Source: the human T2T-CHM13v2.0 reference genome, Homo sapiens
Direction: 5' to 3' (one strand)
Length of the DNA: 64,000 nucleotides
Assembly (NCBI RefSeq): GCF_009914755.1
Contig: NC_060927.1
In this document: piece by piece, positions 1-15,601 of the stretch
Position numbering within the stretch: the first letter of the stretch is position 1
How the letters are laid out: each line of letters opens with the position of its first letter
The notes under the pieces: model-generated
The model's input: the letters and a program-made list of their open reading frames with translations, nothing else
The model's database searches: none
Told to the model about the DNA's origin: nothing
Translations under genes and position numbers: made by a program

Positions 1-599
1 TTACTTGTTGGAAAGTTAAGAGTAACAAAGCTATTTATTGTATTTGTTCCAAGGAAGAAAATGATGAAATTCTTCTTTTCTTTCTAAATTGAGCCAACAT
101 ATTTCAGAGAGTATACATTCTTTGATAAAATCTGGTTAGCATTTTTGGAAGAATCTGTTTGTTATTTGTTTTCTGTCAAACATATTAGTGCAATTTTGCT
201 GAAAAACAGCCCACTAATGACAGCCTCGAATCAGAACAACAAGCAGCTTCCCAAGGAGAGTCTTGAAATCATCTTATTACCCCTAAAAGTTTTTGATAAT
301 TTTTTCTTTAAAACAAAAAACTAAATGTTGTTTCTTGCTAAAGTAAAGGGAGAAAAATCTAATTGTCTGAGGCACATGGGTTAAATAGTTCTCTAAATGA
401 GAACTTAGTCTACTTCCTTAGGCAGAAACATACTATTTCCTCTTTTTAATCTCTATTATGAAGAATCTAAGAATCCCTAGAAAACCAAATACTCTTCCCT
501 TTCATCAGGTTCATCTGTACAAAGAGGTGTATAAAGGGATTTATTTAGAATTGCTCATCGATGCAAAATGCTGGTGACTCTTTTGTAAATATAAATATT

Positions 600-965
600 A
601 TTTAATAGGGAAACAGTTTTATTCATCTCTATGTAATATGTATATCTATGTAATGAAATAAAATGTGGCTTTAAAAAGAGTAAACAAGATGCATATGTAC
701 TGACATGGAACGTCCTCTAAGATATCCTGATAAAGAAAGAAACAAGAAGCAAAATAATATATACATCTGTTACCATTTGTAGTTTAAAAATAGGAAGGGG
801 AGTGGGGAGAGGTATACATATCTCTGGTAACCTGGGGAAGCAGAACCAAAGTATGTGGAAGGCAGAGGAGGAGAAATAATTTTTTCCTTATTATACAATC
901 TTTTGTGCTGTTTAAATAGTGAAGCATGCTGCAATATTTCTTATTTAAATTACACAAATAAATCA
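600..965 (+). mobile_element. Old L1M (L1ME-like) 3' fragment
   Basis: Degenerate L1M 3' UTR-like text (aatgaaata..., tgtactgacatggaa..., aagaagcaaaataatatata). Boundaries approximate. Confidence 0.5.
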
Positions 966-1043
966 TTGAAAATGTAACCCATGTGTATAGCCTTGACGTT
1001 CTTCTGGTCCAAACACATACTTTCAAGACTTATCTTTTTCTTT

Positions 1044-1592
1044 TATCAGAGGCGTTTGAACCAGAGCAACTCCATCTTGAAAAGGGGCTGAGTACAATAA
1101 GGCTGAGCCCTACTGGGCTGCATTCCCAGGAGGATAAGGCATTCTTAGTCACAGAGATAGGAAGTTAGCACAAGATACAAGTCATAAAGACCTTGCTGAT
1201 AAAACAGGTTTGCAGTAAAAAAGCCAGCCCAAACCCACCAAAGCCAAGGTGGGAATGAGAGTGACCTCTGGTCTTCCTCACTGCTGCAGTCCCGCCAGTG
1301 CCTGACAGTTTACAAATGCCACAGCAATGTCAGGAAGTTACCATATATGGTCTAAAAAAGGGGAATATTAATAATCCACCCCTTGTTTAGCATGTCATCA
1401 AGAAATAACCATAAAAATGGGAAACCAGCAGCCCTCGGAGCTGCTCTGCCTATGGAGTAGCCATTCTTTATTCCTTCACTTTCCTAATAAACTTGCTTTC
1501 ACTTAACCCTATGGATTCACCTCAAATTCTTTCTTGCACAAGATCCAAGAACCCTCTCTTGGGTTCTGGATTGGGACCCCTTTCCGGTAACA
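1044..1592 (+). mobile_element. MER41A-like solo LTR (ERV1)
   Basis: Starts TATCAGAGGCGTTTGAACCAGAGCAACTCCATCTTG and ends GGGACCCCTTTCCGGTAACA; about 549 bp. Has AATAAA and a 4-bp TSD cttt/gttt. Lacks the tandem GAS block after tatggtctaaaaaagggg, as in MER41A. Confidence 0.9.
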
Positions 1593-1624
1593 GTTTTACT
1601 CTAGTATAAAGATGACACATACTG

Positions 1625-1790
1625 TTCAAAGCATCTTAAAGATCACCTGGTCAAACCACCTCATTTTAAGGAAGTACCTTCTAAAGGTACTTCCTCCAAG
1701 AGTGGAAGGTACTTGGCCAGGATTACACAACTTGTTAGTACCAATGTCCAGACTAGAGCCTCAAGCTTCTTAATTCTACAGAAGTGCTCT
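1625..1790 (-). mobile_element. MIR fragment
   Basis: Degenerate MIR core (ctcatttt..., acttggccaggattacacaacttgttagt). Confidence 0.5.
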
Positions 1791-1792
1791 AC

Positions 1793-2243
1793 TGTGGTGC
1801 CAGACCCCTATTGACTCCAGTAGGGAAGGCACCAATGCACCATGTCCAAGAGCCCAAAGAAGAGACCCAAGTGAATAAGATATAGACTTTATCAAGGACG
1901 TACATACAGGGCAGTCAGGGAGTGGTCGGATGGACAGGAAAAGTGCTACCACTTGTAAAGATCATGGAGTTTATATAAAAATGTTCATTTAACCCCCTCC
2001 ACCTAGCAACCTCCACCTAGCAAACTCCATTTAACCCAAAACATAGGGCCTCAATCCTCTGCATGACCTGCATTCTAAGGGATGGGCCAGGGATTCATAT
2101 GTTCTTCATAGAGAAGGAGTGAATCTCTGGGTTGGCCACTCCCGGATTCCTTAGCTCAGAACTCCTAACACACATTTTTCTTAGACGGTAGGTCATTCAT
2201 AGGGTATGCTTGAGTTAATGCTCTCAGGTGTGTCTGCCATATA
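1793..2243 (-). mobile_element. ERVL-class solo LTR (LTR47-like)
   Basis: Minus strand reads TATATGGCAGACACACCTGAGAGC...GGGGTCTGGCACCACA; 5-bp TSD tctac/tcttc. Confidence 0.75.
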
Positions 2244-2849
2244 TCTTCTCACCCTGCGGCCCTCTAGGAGAGGGAATAAACAGCCTTGACCGTGAGAGTG
2301 ACTTTCTTCCCATTTCTCCTACCTGGTACTGCTTGCTAAGGCCCGTACCTCTGCACCTCATGTCCCAGGGCATCCTGCCTACACTTTAGGCATCAACTAA
2401 CTAGAATAACAAAATAATAAAATGTCCTAACTTGGGCCTTCTTAATTTGAGGTATGTGAATGGGCTTCAGGAAATCCTGAATCTAATAAAAAGCTAAGGA
2501 CTCTAGGGAGAGAGTTCAGTTTTCCATGAGCTTCACTGCCAAGTAAGACAAATAACACGTTTATGGATATATAAAAGAGACCTCAGAAGCCATCAAGCCA
2601 TCAGATACTCAATTGTCCCTGACAACAACTTGCATTTTTTCCTTCTGTTAGAATTATATCCAAGTGCTGGAGAGTTGTCACCAACAACAGTAATATTCAC
2701 TTGGACATTTAGCTCTAGTTTAAAGCACTGGAGAGAATTTGGTTTCCTGTAGTTGAATTTGCAGCGTTTAAAAAAAATATTAGCCTGCCTTATGATATTT
2801 TATAAGTATTTAGGAAGTAAAATTTTGGTTGAACAAAAGCCATAATTTA

Positions 2850-3110
2850 TTTAACAAATATTTATATAGGGCTTACTATATGCTAGGCACTGTTTTAAAT
2901 GCTTTATAATAATTAAGTCATTGAATTGTCAGAGAACTACCTATGAGGTAAGTGCTGTTCTTATATCCATTTCACAGGTGAGGAAACTGAGGCACAGACA
3001 GGTTGGGGAAGCAATCCAAATGAAGACATCAGAGGGTATTCACCCAGCAAGAGGCAGAACTAAGATCTAAATTCAGGCAGTCTGGATCCAGCATTTATGT
3101 TCCTAAACAC
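2850..3110 (-). mobile_element. MIR
   Basis: ccatttcacaggtgaggaaactgaggcacaga is the MIR core in reverse orientation. Confidence 0.8.
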
Positions 3111-3949
3111 ATCTTTGCTCGCTTCCTGTTATGAGTGTGAAAAGAATATTCTGTTTCATAGAAGATGATCATCATCAGGTTTTACCACAAACCTTGCATT
3201 GGCTTTAGGAGTAAAACATAAATAGCTATATTTTTTCTAATTTCTTTATGTTAGTTCTAATAAACAATGTATTAAATACATATTTTTAGGGCATTACATG
3301 CATATTTAATTTGACCAAGCTGATATTATCGGGTTTCATACTCCTTTTTTGCATCAGTACACACATTCAATTTTATATTTGACTTTTTTTTTAATTGCAC
3401 AGGGAGCCAATTGGCAGCTTTGGATCAAATTGGCTTACATATATGTTTTGGCCAGCATGACGTTTAAGAATTTATTTCCTTCCTTCCTTCCTTCCTTCCT
3501 CTCTTTGTTTCCTCCTTTCTTTCTTTTTTTCTTTGACAACATTTACAAATTGGGAAATTGACCATGAAAGTCTAAATTTCTGGCTTCTTTTTGAAAAGAC
3601 AGAAGGAAGCATTGGGTTTGCATTCAGGCATGGAAATATTAGGCTGGACTGAGAAGTGGCTGACCTTTTAGATGAAGTTTGTGTTCCCCAGTTGGCCATA
3701 GTTTTTACCAGTTTGCTTTGCTTGATATCTGCATGCATTTGGGTTACGGCAGTTGAATGAGGTATGCATGTCCTTAGAGGCCAAGAAACAATTTACTTAC
3801 TGACTGAGCTTTAGCATGAGAGAGCATAATGACATGTGAGTTACCGGTGAATCAATTACAAGAGGTACCCAAAGGTAAGCGTGCAGTTGAAAGTTTCATA
3901 TACAAGTGGTTGTAAATAAATAGCCTATAACTAAAAAGTAAGAATCATG

Positions 3950-4160
3950 GTAATGGTTAAATGTTCATTGAATACATACTAAGCACAAGATTTCTTATAG
4001 GTATCAGTCCCTTTAACTCTTGTAACAAGCCTAGGAAGTAGAAAACTGAGACAGAGGCAAGCTAAGTAACTTGTGCAAGATCACCAGCTAATAAACAGCG
4101 CAGTTAGGACTTCAGTCAGGCAATCTGGTTCTGGAATCTGTGGCTTATATTATGCTATAC
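3950..4160 (-). mobile_element. MIR
   Basis: gaaaactgagacagagg...aagtaacttgtgcaagatcac. Confidence 0.65.
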
Positions 4161-4647
4161 TTTCTCTCTAAAAACTCTGAAAGAACTCTCTAGTACTGGC
4201 AGAGAATGGGATTTACTGGTTAATTCATATGATGGTTTGACAATTGCTGTGTGAATTATCAATTGTTAGGAGGTAAGACCAGTTGAGAACTTTAAGCAGT
4301 ACTTCACTGGGGTTTGGCAAATTGGTAGAGAGACCTTGAATCTAGAATCTAGTGCTTGACTTTATAGGCCCAGAAACCATATTTCACCCATTTGTAAAAA
4401 TCATAATATAAAATCACCAGTATGTTTGTAACCCAGAAGTACAAAAAGTGAATAAGGAATTTGAGATGCCATTATATACAGAGGTGAGTGGTAAGGTCTG
4501 GTTTACTGGCATCCTGGGAGCTCCTGGCCAGAGCAGAAGGTGAACATTGTCAAAATTGAAACAAGGGATCAAGAAAGCCAGGCCTGCCTCCAGGTTGAGG
4601 TAAATAGTTCAAATTATGAAGTTCAAGCAGCTACAGAATGATCTGTT

Positions 4648-4830
4648 CCAGGGGTTCAAAACTTTTTTGTGCATCAGACTCACCTGGGGGAAGTTATAAA
4701 AACAAACAAACATAGAAATGTTCTGCTTTATATTTTTAGACCTACTAAAGCACCTACCCTGGAGTTCTAGTGAGTTACTGAGCTAATTCTGTTGCTTCTG
4801 GCCCACTGATTGGTATTTGAGAAACACTGT
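4648..4830. mobile_element. MER5-type hAT-Charlie fossil
   Basis: cagggg ttcaaaactt..., gcatcagactcacctgggg..., tttgagaaacactg termini. Confidence 0.6.
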
Positions 4831-4941
4831 TCTAGTTGGAATTTGCCTTTTGAGAACGTTAATGCATAGTATCAGATAGATACGAGAGTGATAGATTAAG
4901 ATGATAGCTATGATTCCTGTATTAATTAATGCATGAAAGTG

Positions 4942-5060
4942 TTAGCCAGCTTATGGCATGACCCTCTCACCTGATTTCTACCAATCTCTCCCCAGAAAGA
5001 AATCAGCTGAGGAAAGGTTGGTAGAAATCAGGTGAGAGGGTCAAGTCATAAGCTGGCTGA
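4942..5060. repeat. Long inverted repeat (54-bp arms, 11-nt spacer)
   Basis: 4942-4995 matches the reverse complement of 5007-5060 at 48/54 positions without gaps, including a perfect 26-bp core (4959-4984 with 5018-5043). Confidence 0.95.
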
Positions 5061-5460
5061 GTTGGGGAGTAGGCAGGGGTCCAGTCCTGGGAGAATCAGT
5101 GCAGAAAGCAACTGAGGCAGTGCCAATGTTTAATGAGAGGCTTATAAAATTGCCACAAAGTGAGGCCCTAGCTACATGTCATGAGAACTCCCTGGCAGAG
5201 GGGAGAAAGCAAATTTGGATTAGAATGGGAGGTATCAGCTAGAAAATCAGAAATCTGACCAAATAATGATAAACATGATAGTTTATGAATTAGGAAGCAG
5301 GGAAGTGAAACCCTACCCCACAAATGATAGATTAGGAAAGATTTGAGATGAATAGTAGAAAAGATAGTGCATAAGGTCTCCTCTGCTCTCCCCAGAACTG
5401 AGGGATGATTAAAGTTAATAGCATTTGTTGGGTTCTACTTAATAAGTACAACTTTTTGGA

Positions 5461-5819
5461 TTTATTAAACCAGTTGGCATTGGTTGTGTTATGCTATAAC
5501 AAACTCCAAATCTCAGTGGCTAACAAGGAAGTTGACTTCTTGTTCTTCTGACAACCCATGTGTTGTCCCTGCTTTGGGTCCCAGGCTGATAGAATAGTCG
5601 CTATCAGGAGGATGCTACCATGGCAGGGACAAAGAGAGCTCAGAGGAAATCATGCCAAGAGATAAACATTCAACAGGAAAGTGGCATACATTGTTTGTGC
5701 TTTCAGTTCATTGGCCAGAATAGTTACATGGCCTCCACCAACCACTGGGAGCCATAGAGTGCTATGTGCCGGAGGGCAGAGAGCTGGGAATATTTAGTGA
5801 GCAGCATTCGGTACTACCA
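5461..5819 (-). mobile_element. MLT1 (K/L-like) MaLR LTR
   Basis: aacaaactccaaatctcagtggct..., ttcattggccagaatagttacatggcc..., tactacca end. Confidence 0.7.
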
Positions 5820-5919
5820 TCTTTCCCTCTGAATAGGTTAACAGCCACAAGTCCTGTCACAATTTTTAGCAATTTCTTCAATGTCAAGAAGAATTATATT
5901 TCTTAGCTAACAGAGGTGG

Positions 5920-6390
5920 TGTAGTTTCAGGGTGCCTGCCTGGCCTATCTACAGCACTGTCAGCTCCATGCTCACCCTTGCTGAAGAGATGAGTCTCTCT
6001 GTTCAAGTTCGTCTAATGTCATAGCCTTTTCCCTGATTGGACCAGGGACCAACACCTATCCAGGTGGCTGTCAATCTGTTGGCTAGCCTGTAGGCAAATG
6101 TATTTTCTGAGACACAGAGTCTCTAGTCAAATGGATGTGGGCCTATGAAGTAAATGGGTCTGTAGACTTGGGCCCTGGGCATTTTGATCCTGTCTGTGGA
6201 CAGTAGCCAATGATCATAGATGAGGAAGATTATATGCAGTTGAGACAAAGAGAGAGAAACTTCTATCTTCAGTGGTTCCCTGGATCTCAGCTCCTATTCC
6301 TGGGAGATTCACCTCTGCTTCATTTTTTGTGAAATGGCTTTATGGCCTTATAATAAATATTCATTTTATTTGAGCCACTTTATTATCCAT
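5920..6390 (+). mobile_element. Old ERVL LTR (LTR16/LTR33-like)
   Basis: ccctgattggaccaggg, a GA-rich middle and an aataaat near the 3' end; highly diverged. Confidence 0.4.
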
Positions 6391-6515
6391 ATGAATAAAT
6401 TGAGAAGCCTAGTCACTCTGCCTCTGCTGAGAGTATCATCTGTAAACCAGGACTGTAGAAATTCTGGGACTCGTGCTAGGGTGTATAGTTGGGAACTAAC
6501 AAGAAAAACTTTCAC

Positions 6516-7077
6516 TGTAAACCTACTTGAACTTTATTTTCTTATTTTCTGTATTCCTGATGCTCTGGCATCTTGGGCCTCACAGATCTGGAGGGATGGC
6601 CTCTCCCAGCATTAGTTAATTCCTGCAGATATCAAACAGTGTTACCTGGGAGGGTCTCTTTTATATGCAAACTAAGCAATTCAAAGCCTACTGTAACTAG
6701 CCCCCTACCTCTGTGGGACCCTTCCACTCCAGGCCAATAGTTTCTTGCCCTAATCAGCCCAGGGCGAGGTGCTAGACAATTCCAAACAGCTCCTACACCC
6801 CAGAGCCTGCTGAAATGATTCAACAAGACAATTCTAAACCTGCTTAGCCTATTTTCCTGCCTTGCCCATTCCTTTCCACAAAACTGCAGTAAAGGCGCTG
6901 ACCCCTGCTTTTCCCCTGTGCCCCCTGCCTGGCTTCCACAAGCGACTTCCCTGCATTGCTGTGCCTCCTATTTCTAGGGAACTGTGAGTGCAAACACCTT
7001 CTTCCTTCATGACAGTCATTGTCAGGCTCACGTCTTACTATAAGTGATCAAAACAAACCCCAGTACATTTTAAAACA
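6516..7077 (+). mobile_element. MER73/MER74-like ERVL LTR
   Basis: TGTAA start; ttttctgtattcctgatgctctggcatcttgggcc; accccagagcctgctgaaat; ends ttttaaaaca. Confidence 0.7.
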
Positions 7078-8145
7078 AAGCCTCTCTCTCTGTTTTCTTC
7101 TGGGCCTCAATCTTTGGGTACCTACTAGTTTATTTGTCAGAAGAGTAAAGACCCTCTGTTCTGGTAGGTGGTCCTCTCAGATGTCTAAATTATTAGCTGT
7201 CTAGTCTACTGCCACAGAACATATACAATAGAACAAAAAAAGTACTTTTTCCTCTTTAATCCTGTATTTATGATTATTATAATAAATTATCCTTATTTCT
7301 AAGCATATGTTTGGTAAAAAGTCAGTACTAATTGTCACAGGCACACTGTTTTACTGGACAAAGCTTGAAAACACATGGACACGTGCCTCCTCCAGACACT
7401 GTGCAAACCAAAATCCTTTTATTATGACAACAAAACAATGACCTCATTTCTTTCAGAATTTAATTATCGGTATTACAATTCTCTTGTTAGGACTTTAAAT
7501 GGGGTCTGGGACACTACTAGATAGTGTTTGGCTTGAGGACACAGAAATGCCTGAATCACGATTTGATTTATAATATCTCCCTAGGGACGGCTCACACAGA
7601 GTTCTCTTTCTTTATAAAACCCTGCTTCACCCCTGTGTGTAATAAGCTGACATTCAAGCACATAGCATGTCTGTCAGAAATATCCACCTCCCTTTAGTCT
7701 TTGAACATCATGGTGGGGGAGGATTTAGTTTTAGTATAGCAACACTACCCTCCAACCCTCCCATGCAATAGAAAAAGTGTATCCTAGCAATTTTGACTTC
7801 CAGACACTGGATTGTCTCTTTTCTGGTAAAGGAAGAATGGGCTGCTGAAGCTCCATTTACTAGGTAAGACACCCTTATGACTGTTCTCAGGTGTATTTGT
7901 CAGAGTGTGTAGTCATGAAACCAAACTATGTTAAATATTTCCAGCAGAAAGAAACTTAATATAGGGAATCAATAGATTACAGCAAAGTGCAGAATGCTAC
8001 TGTTGACGTCACAGTCATTGCACAGCCCCCGAAAAGAAGAATAACGGAGGAGTATGAAGTCTGAGGTAGCCGAACCTAGCAACTGCTGCTAGTCTGCCAC
8101 CAGCATTTCTATTGCAACAATACATTCTGCCTCCTTTCCACCTGT

Positions 8146-8436
<291 letters not shown>

Positions 8437-9015
8437 TTTCCATCTTTTGAATATCACTTGTGTGCCTCTCATTTGTTATCTCTACTATAACTGATGGGGT
8501 GGGATTGTAGGAAATGTAGTTCCCAGGCTTCCTGCCCCATGATACCAGAAAAGAGTGTAAAAGGGGCAAAAGTGATGCTAAGTGCTGAGATAATCTGTCA
8601 CACCATTTAAGTAGGGGTATTGCAATGCCTTGGCTTTCAGGGACAAATGTGTTCTACAGGCTAGAGATTTAAAATGCAGCCACAAAGTCCTGCCCTGGTT
8701 CAAGGGCAGGAAATACAGACTCCATCTCTAGATAATAGAAATATTAAAGAATTTGTGAATATATTTTCAATTGATCATGGCATTATAACTATTTTTTAAT
8801 CTTTTTTTTAAATTATACTTTAAGTTCTAGAGTACAGGTGCACAGCGTGCAGGTTTGTTACGTATGTATACATGCGCCATGTTGGTTTGCTGCACCCATT
8901 AACTCATCATTTACATTAGGTATTTCTCCTAATGCTATCCCTCCCCCATCCCCCCACCCCATGACAAGCCCCAGTGTGTCACGTTCCCCTCCCTGTGTCC
9001 AAGTGTTCTCATTGT

Positions 9016-12834
<3,819 letters not shown>

Positions 12835-12897
12835 TATGATATTAGCTGGTTATTTTGCCTGTTAGTTGATGCAGTTTCTTTCTAGCATCGATGGTCT

Positions 12898-13910
12898 TTA
12901 CAATTTGGCATGTTTTTGCAGTGGCTGGTACCAGTTGTTCCTTTCCATGTTTAGTGCTTCCTTCAGGAGCTCTTGTAAGGGAGGCCTAGTGGTGACAAAA
13001 ATCTCTCAGCATTTCCTTGTCTGTAAAGGATTTTATTTCTCCTTCACTTATGAAGCTTAGTTTGGCTGGATATGAAAATTCTTTTCTTTAAGAATGTTGA
13101 ATATTGGCTCCCACTCTCTTCTGGCGTGTAGAGTTTCTGCTGAGAGATCTGCTTTTAGTCTGATGGGCTTCCTTTTGTGGGTAACCCGACCTTTCTCTCT
13201 GGCTGCCCTTAACATTTTTTCCTTCATTTGAACCTTGTTGCACCTGACAATTATGTGTCTTGGGGTTGCTCTTCTCGAGGAGTATCTTTGTAGTGTTCTC
13301 TGTATTTCCTGAATTTCAATGTTGGCCTGCCTTGCTAGGTTGGGGAAGTTCTCCTGGATAACATCCTGAAGAGTGTTTTCCAGCTTGGTTCCATTCTCCC
13401 TGTCACATTCAGGTACACCAATCAAACGTAGATTTGGTCTTTTCACATAGTCCCATAATTTTTGGAGGCTTTGTCTATTTCTCTTTACTCTTTTTTCTCT
13501 AAACTTCTCTTCTAACTTCATTTCATTCATTTGATCTTCAATCACTGACACCCTTTCTTCCACTGGATTGAATCAGCTACTGGAGCTTGTGTATGCATCA
13601 CATAGTTCTCATGCCATGGTTTTCAGCTCCATTAGGTCATTTAAAGTCTTCTCTCCACTGTTTATTCTAGTTAGCCATTCATCTAATCTTTTTTCAAGGT
13701 TTTTAGCTTCCTTGTGATGGGTTCGAACATCCTCCTTTAGCTCAGAGAAGTTTGTTATTACTGACTTTCTGAAGCCTACTTCTGTCAGCTCGTCAAAGTC
13801 ATTCCCTGTCCAGCTTTGTTCCATTGCTGGTGAGGAGCTGCAATCCTTTGGAGGAGAAAAGGTGCTTGGTTTTTAGAATTTTCAGCTTTTCTGCTCTAGT
13901 TTCTCCCCAT
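12898..13910 (-). pseudogene. L1 ORF1, disrupted
   Basis: ATG at 13910 reads ATG GGG AGA AAC TAG (stop at codon 5). Downstream pieces (WDYVKRPNLRLIGVPE, RRATPRHIIVR) are ORF1p. Confidence 0.93.
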
Positions 13911-14492
13911 CTTTGTGGTTTTATCTACCTTTGGTCTTTGATGATGTGACCTACAGATGGGGTTTTCGTGTGGGTGTCCTTTTTGTTGATGTTGATGCTA
14001 TTCCTTTCTGTTTGTTAGTTTTCCTTCTCACAGTCAGGTCCCTCAGCTGCAGGTCTGTTGGTGTTTGCTGGAGGTCCACTCAAGACCCTGTTTGCCTGGG
14101 TATTGCCAGTGGAGGCTGCAGAACAGCAGATATTGCAGAAAAGCAATTATTGCTGCCTGATCCTTCCTCTGGAAGCTTTGTCTCAGAGGGGCACCTGCCT
14201 GTATGAGGTGTCAGTCAGCCCCTACTGGAAGGTGTCTCCCAGTTAGGCTACACGGGGATCAGGGACCCACTTGAGGAGGCAGTCTGTCCACCATCCTGGG
14301 ATAACTACTGCTTTCTTCAGGGCTGTCAGACAGGGACGTTTAAGTCTGCAGAAGTTTCTGGTGCCTTTTGTTCAGCTATGCCCTGCCCCTAGAAGTGGAG
14401 TCTACAGAGGCAGGCAGGCCTCATTGAGCTGCGGTGGGCTCCATCTAGTTCGAGCTTCCCGGTCGCTTTTTTTACCTAGTCAAGCCTCAGCA

Positions 14493-14819
14493 ATGGTGGA
14501 TGCCCCTCCCCCAGCCTGGCTGCTGCCTTGCAGTTCGATCTGGGACTGCTGCACTAGCAGTGAGCAAGGCTCCATGGGCATAGGACCCACTGAGCCAGGT
14601 GCAGGATATAATCTCCTGGTGTACCATTTGCTAAGACCATTGGAAAAGCACAGTATTAAGGTGAGAGTGTCTCGATTTTCCCGGTACAGTCTGTCATGTC
14701 TTCCCTTGGCTAGGAAAGGGAATTCCCAGACCCCTTGTGCTTCCTGGGTGAGGCGATGCCCTACCGTGCTTCGGCTCACCCTCTGTGGGCTACACCCACT
14801 GTCCAACCAGTCCCAATGA
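14493..14819 (+). CDS. L1 antisense ORF0 homologue, open, 108 aa (expression unknown)
   Basis: gcaATGG Kozak context. MVDAPPPAWLLPCSSIWDCC...EPGAGYNL aligns by eye with primate L1 ORF0 (MAGAPPPASLPPCSLISDCC...). No stop until 14817-14819. Confidence 0.5.
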   Translation: MVDAPPPAWLLPCSSIWDCCTSSEQGSMGIGPTEPGAGYNLLVYHLLRPLEKHSIKVRVSRFSRYSLSCLPLARKGNSQTPCASWVRRCPTVLRLTLCGLHPLSNQSQ

Positions 14820-14909
14820 GATGAACCAGGTACCTCAGTTGGAAATGCAGAAATCAGCCATCTTCTGCGTTGATCACACTGGGAGCTGCAGACCAGAGCT
14901 GTTCCTATT

Positions 14910-14920
14910 CGGCCATCTTG
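14910..14920 (-). promoter_or_regulatory. YY1 site of the L1 internal promoter
   Basis: CAAGATGGCCG on the minus strand, 10 nt from the L1 5' end. Confidence 0.85.
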
Positions 14921-15601
14921 GAACAGACCCCTATTTTTTCATCTTTATCAAGGCTTTCTTTGTGGACTTACGTATAGGCAATTTTCACAAATATTCCATG
15001 TCCATTTGAAAATAAGGCAAGTTCTCATATACTGTGCTAGAGAGTTTAATATAATTTTATATGATCTAATTTATTGATTATGTTATTTTGAACTTTGACA
15101 TCTTTTCTAATTTTTCCCATTTGATTTTTCTAGGTTTGATGTGTGCGTGTTGGTCTATTATTATTAGTTTATGTCTGTTATCTTTTTCTTAATTTACCTC
15201 TTCCAGTTTCTGCTATATCAAGTAGCTGCTATATTATTTTATCTATTTATATTTTATTTCATGTTATATATTATTTTAAATATATTAGCACCATTTTCAT
15301 TATACATTTTAGACTTTAGCATTACAAAATATCCGTTTTTTGGTCTTAATTTAGGTCTTTTGGCCTAAATTATGCCTTGTCTGAAGTCAAAATTGTGATT
15401 CCTGCTATTTATTTATTCACTTATTTACATTTTTATTTGCCATCATCTTCTCTGAATCATCATCTTTCTGAGTCTCCTTGTTTTGAATATTTTCATAAAC
15501 ACAGACCAGAGTTTTATTTTGCTTTGCAAGCCAATCTGAATTTTTCAAAGGCATGAAATTCTCCTTACATTTAATCAAACAGACAATTCGTTTGGTCTCA
15601 G

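Noticed and set aside
8004-8011. Perfect CRE palindrome TGACGTCA
   Set aside because: A single 8-mer without promoter context; plausible by chance in 64 kb.
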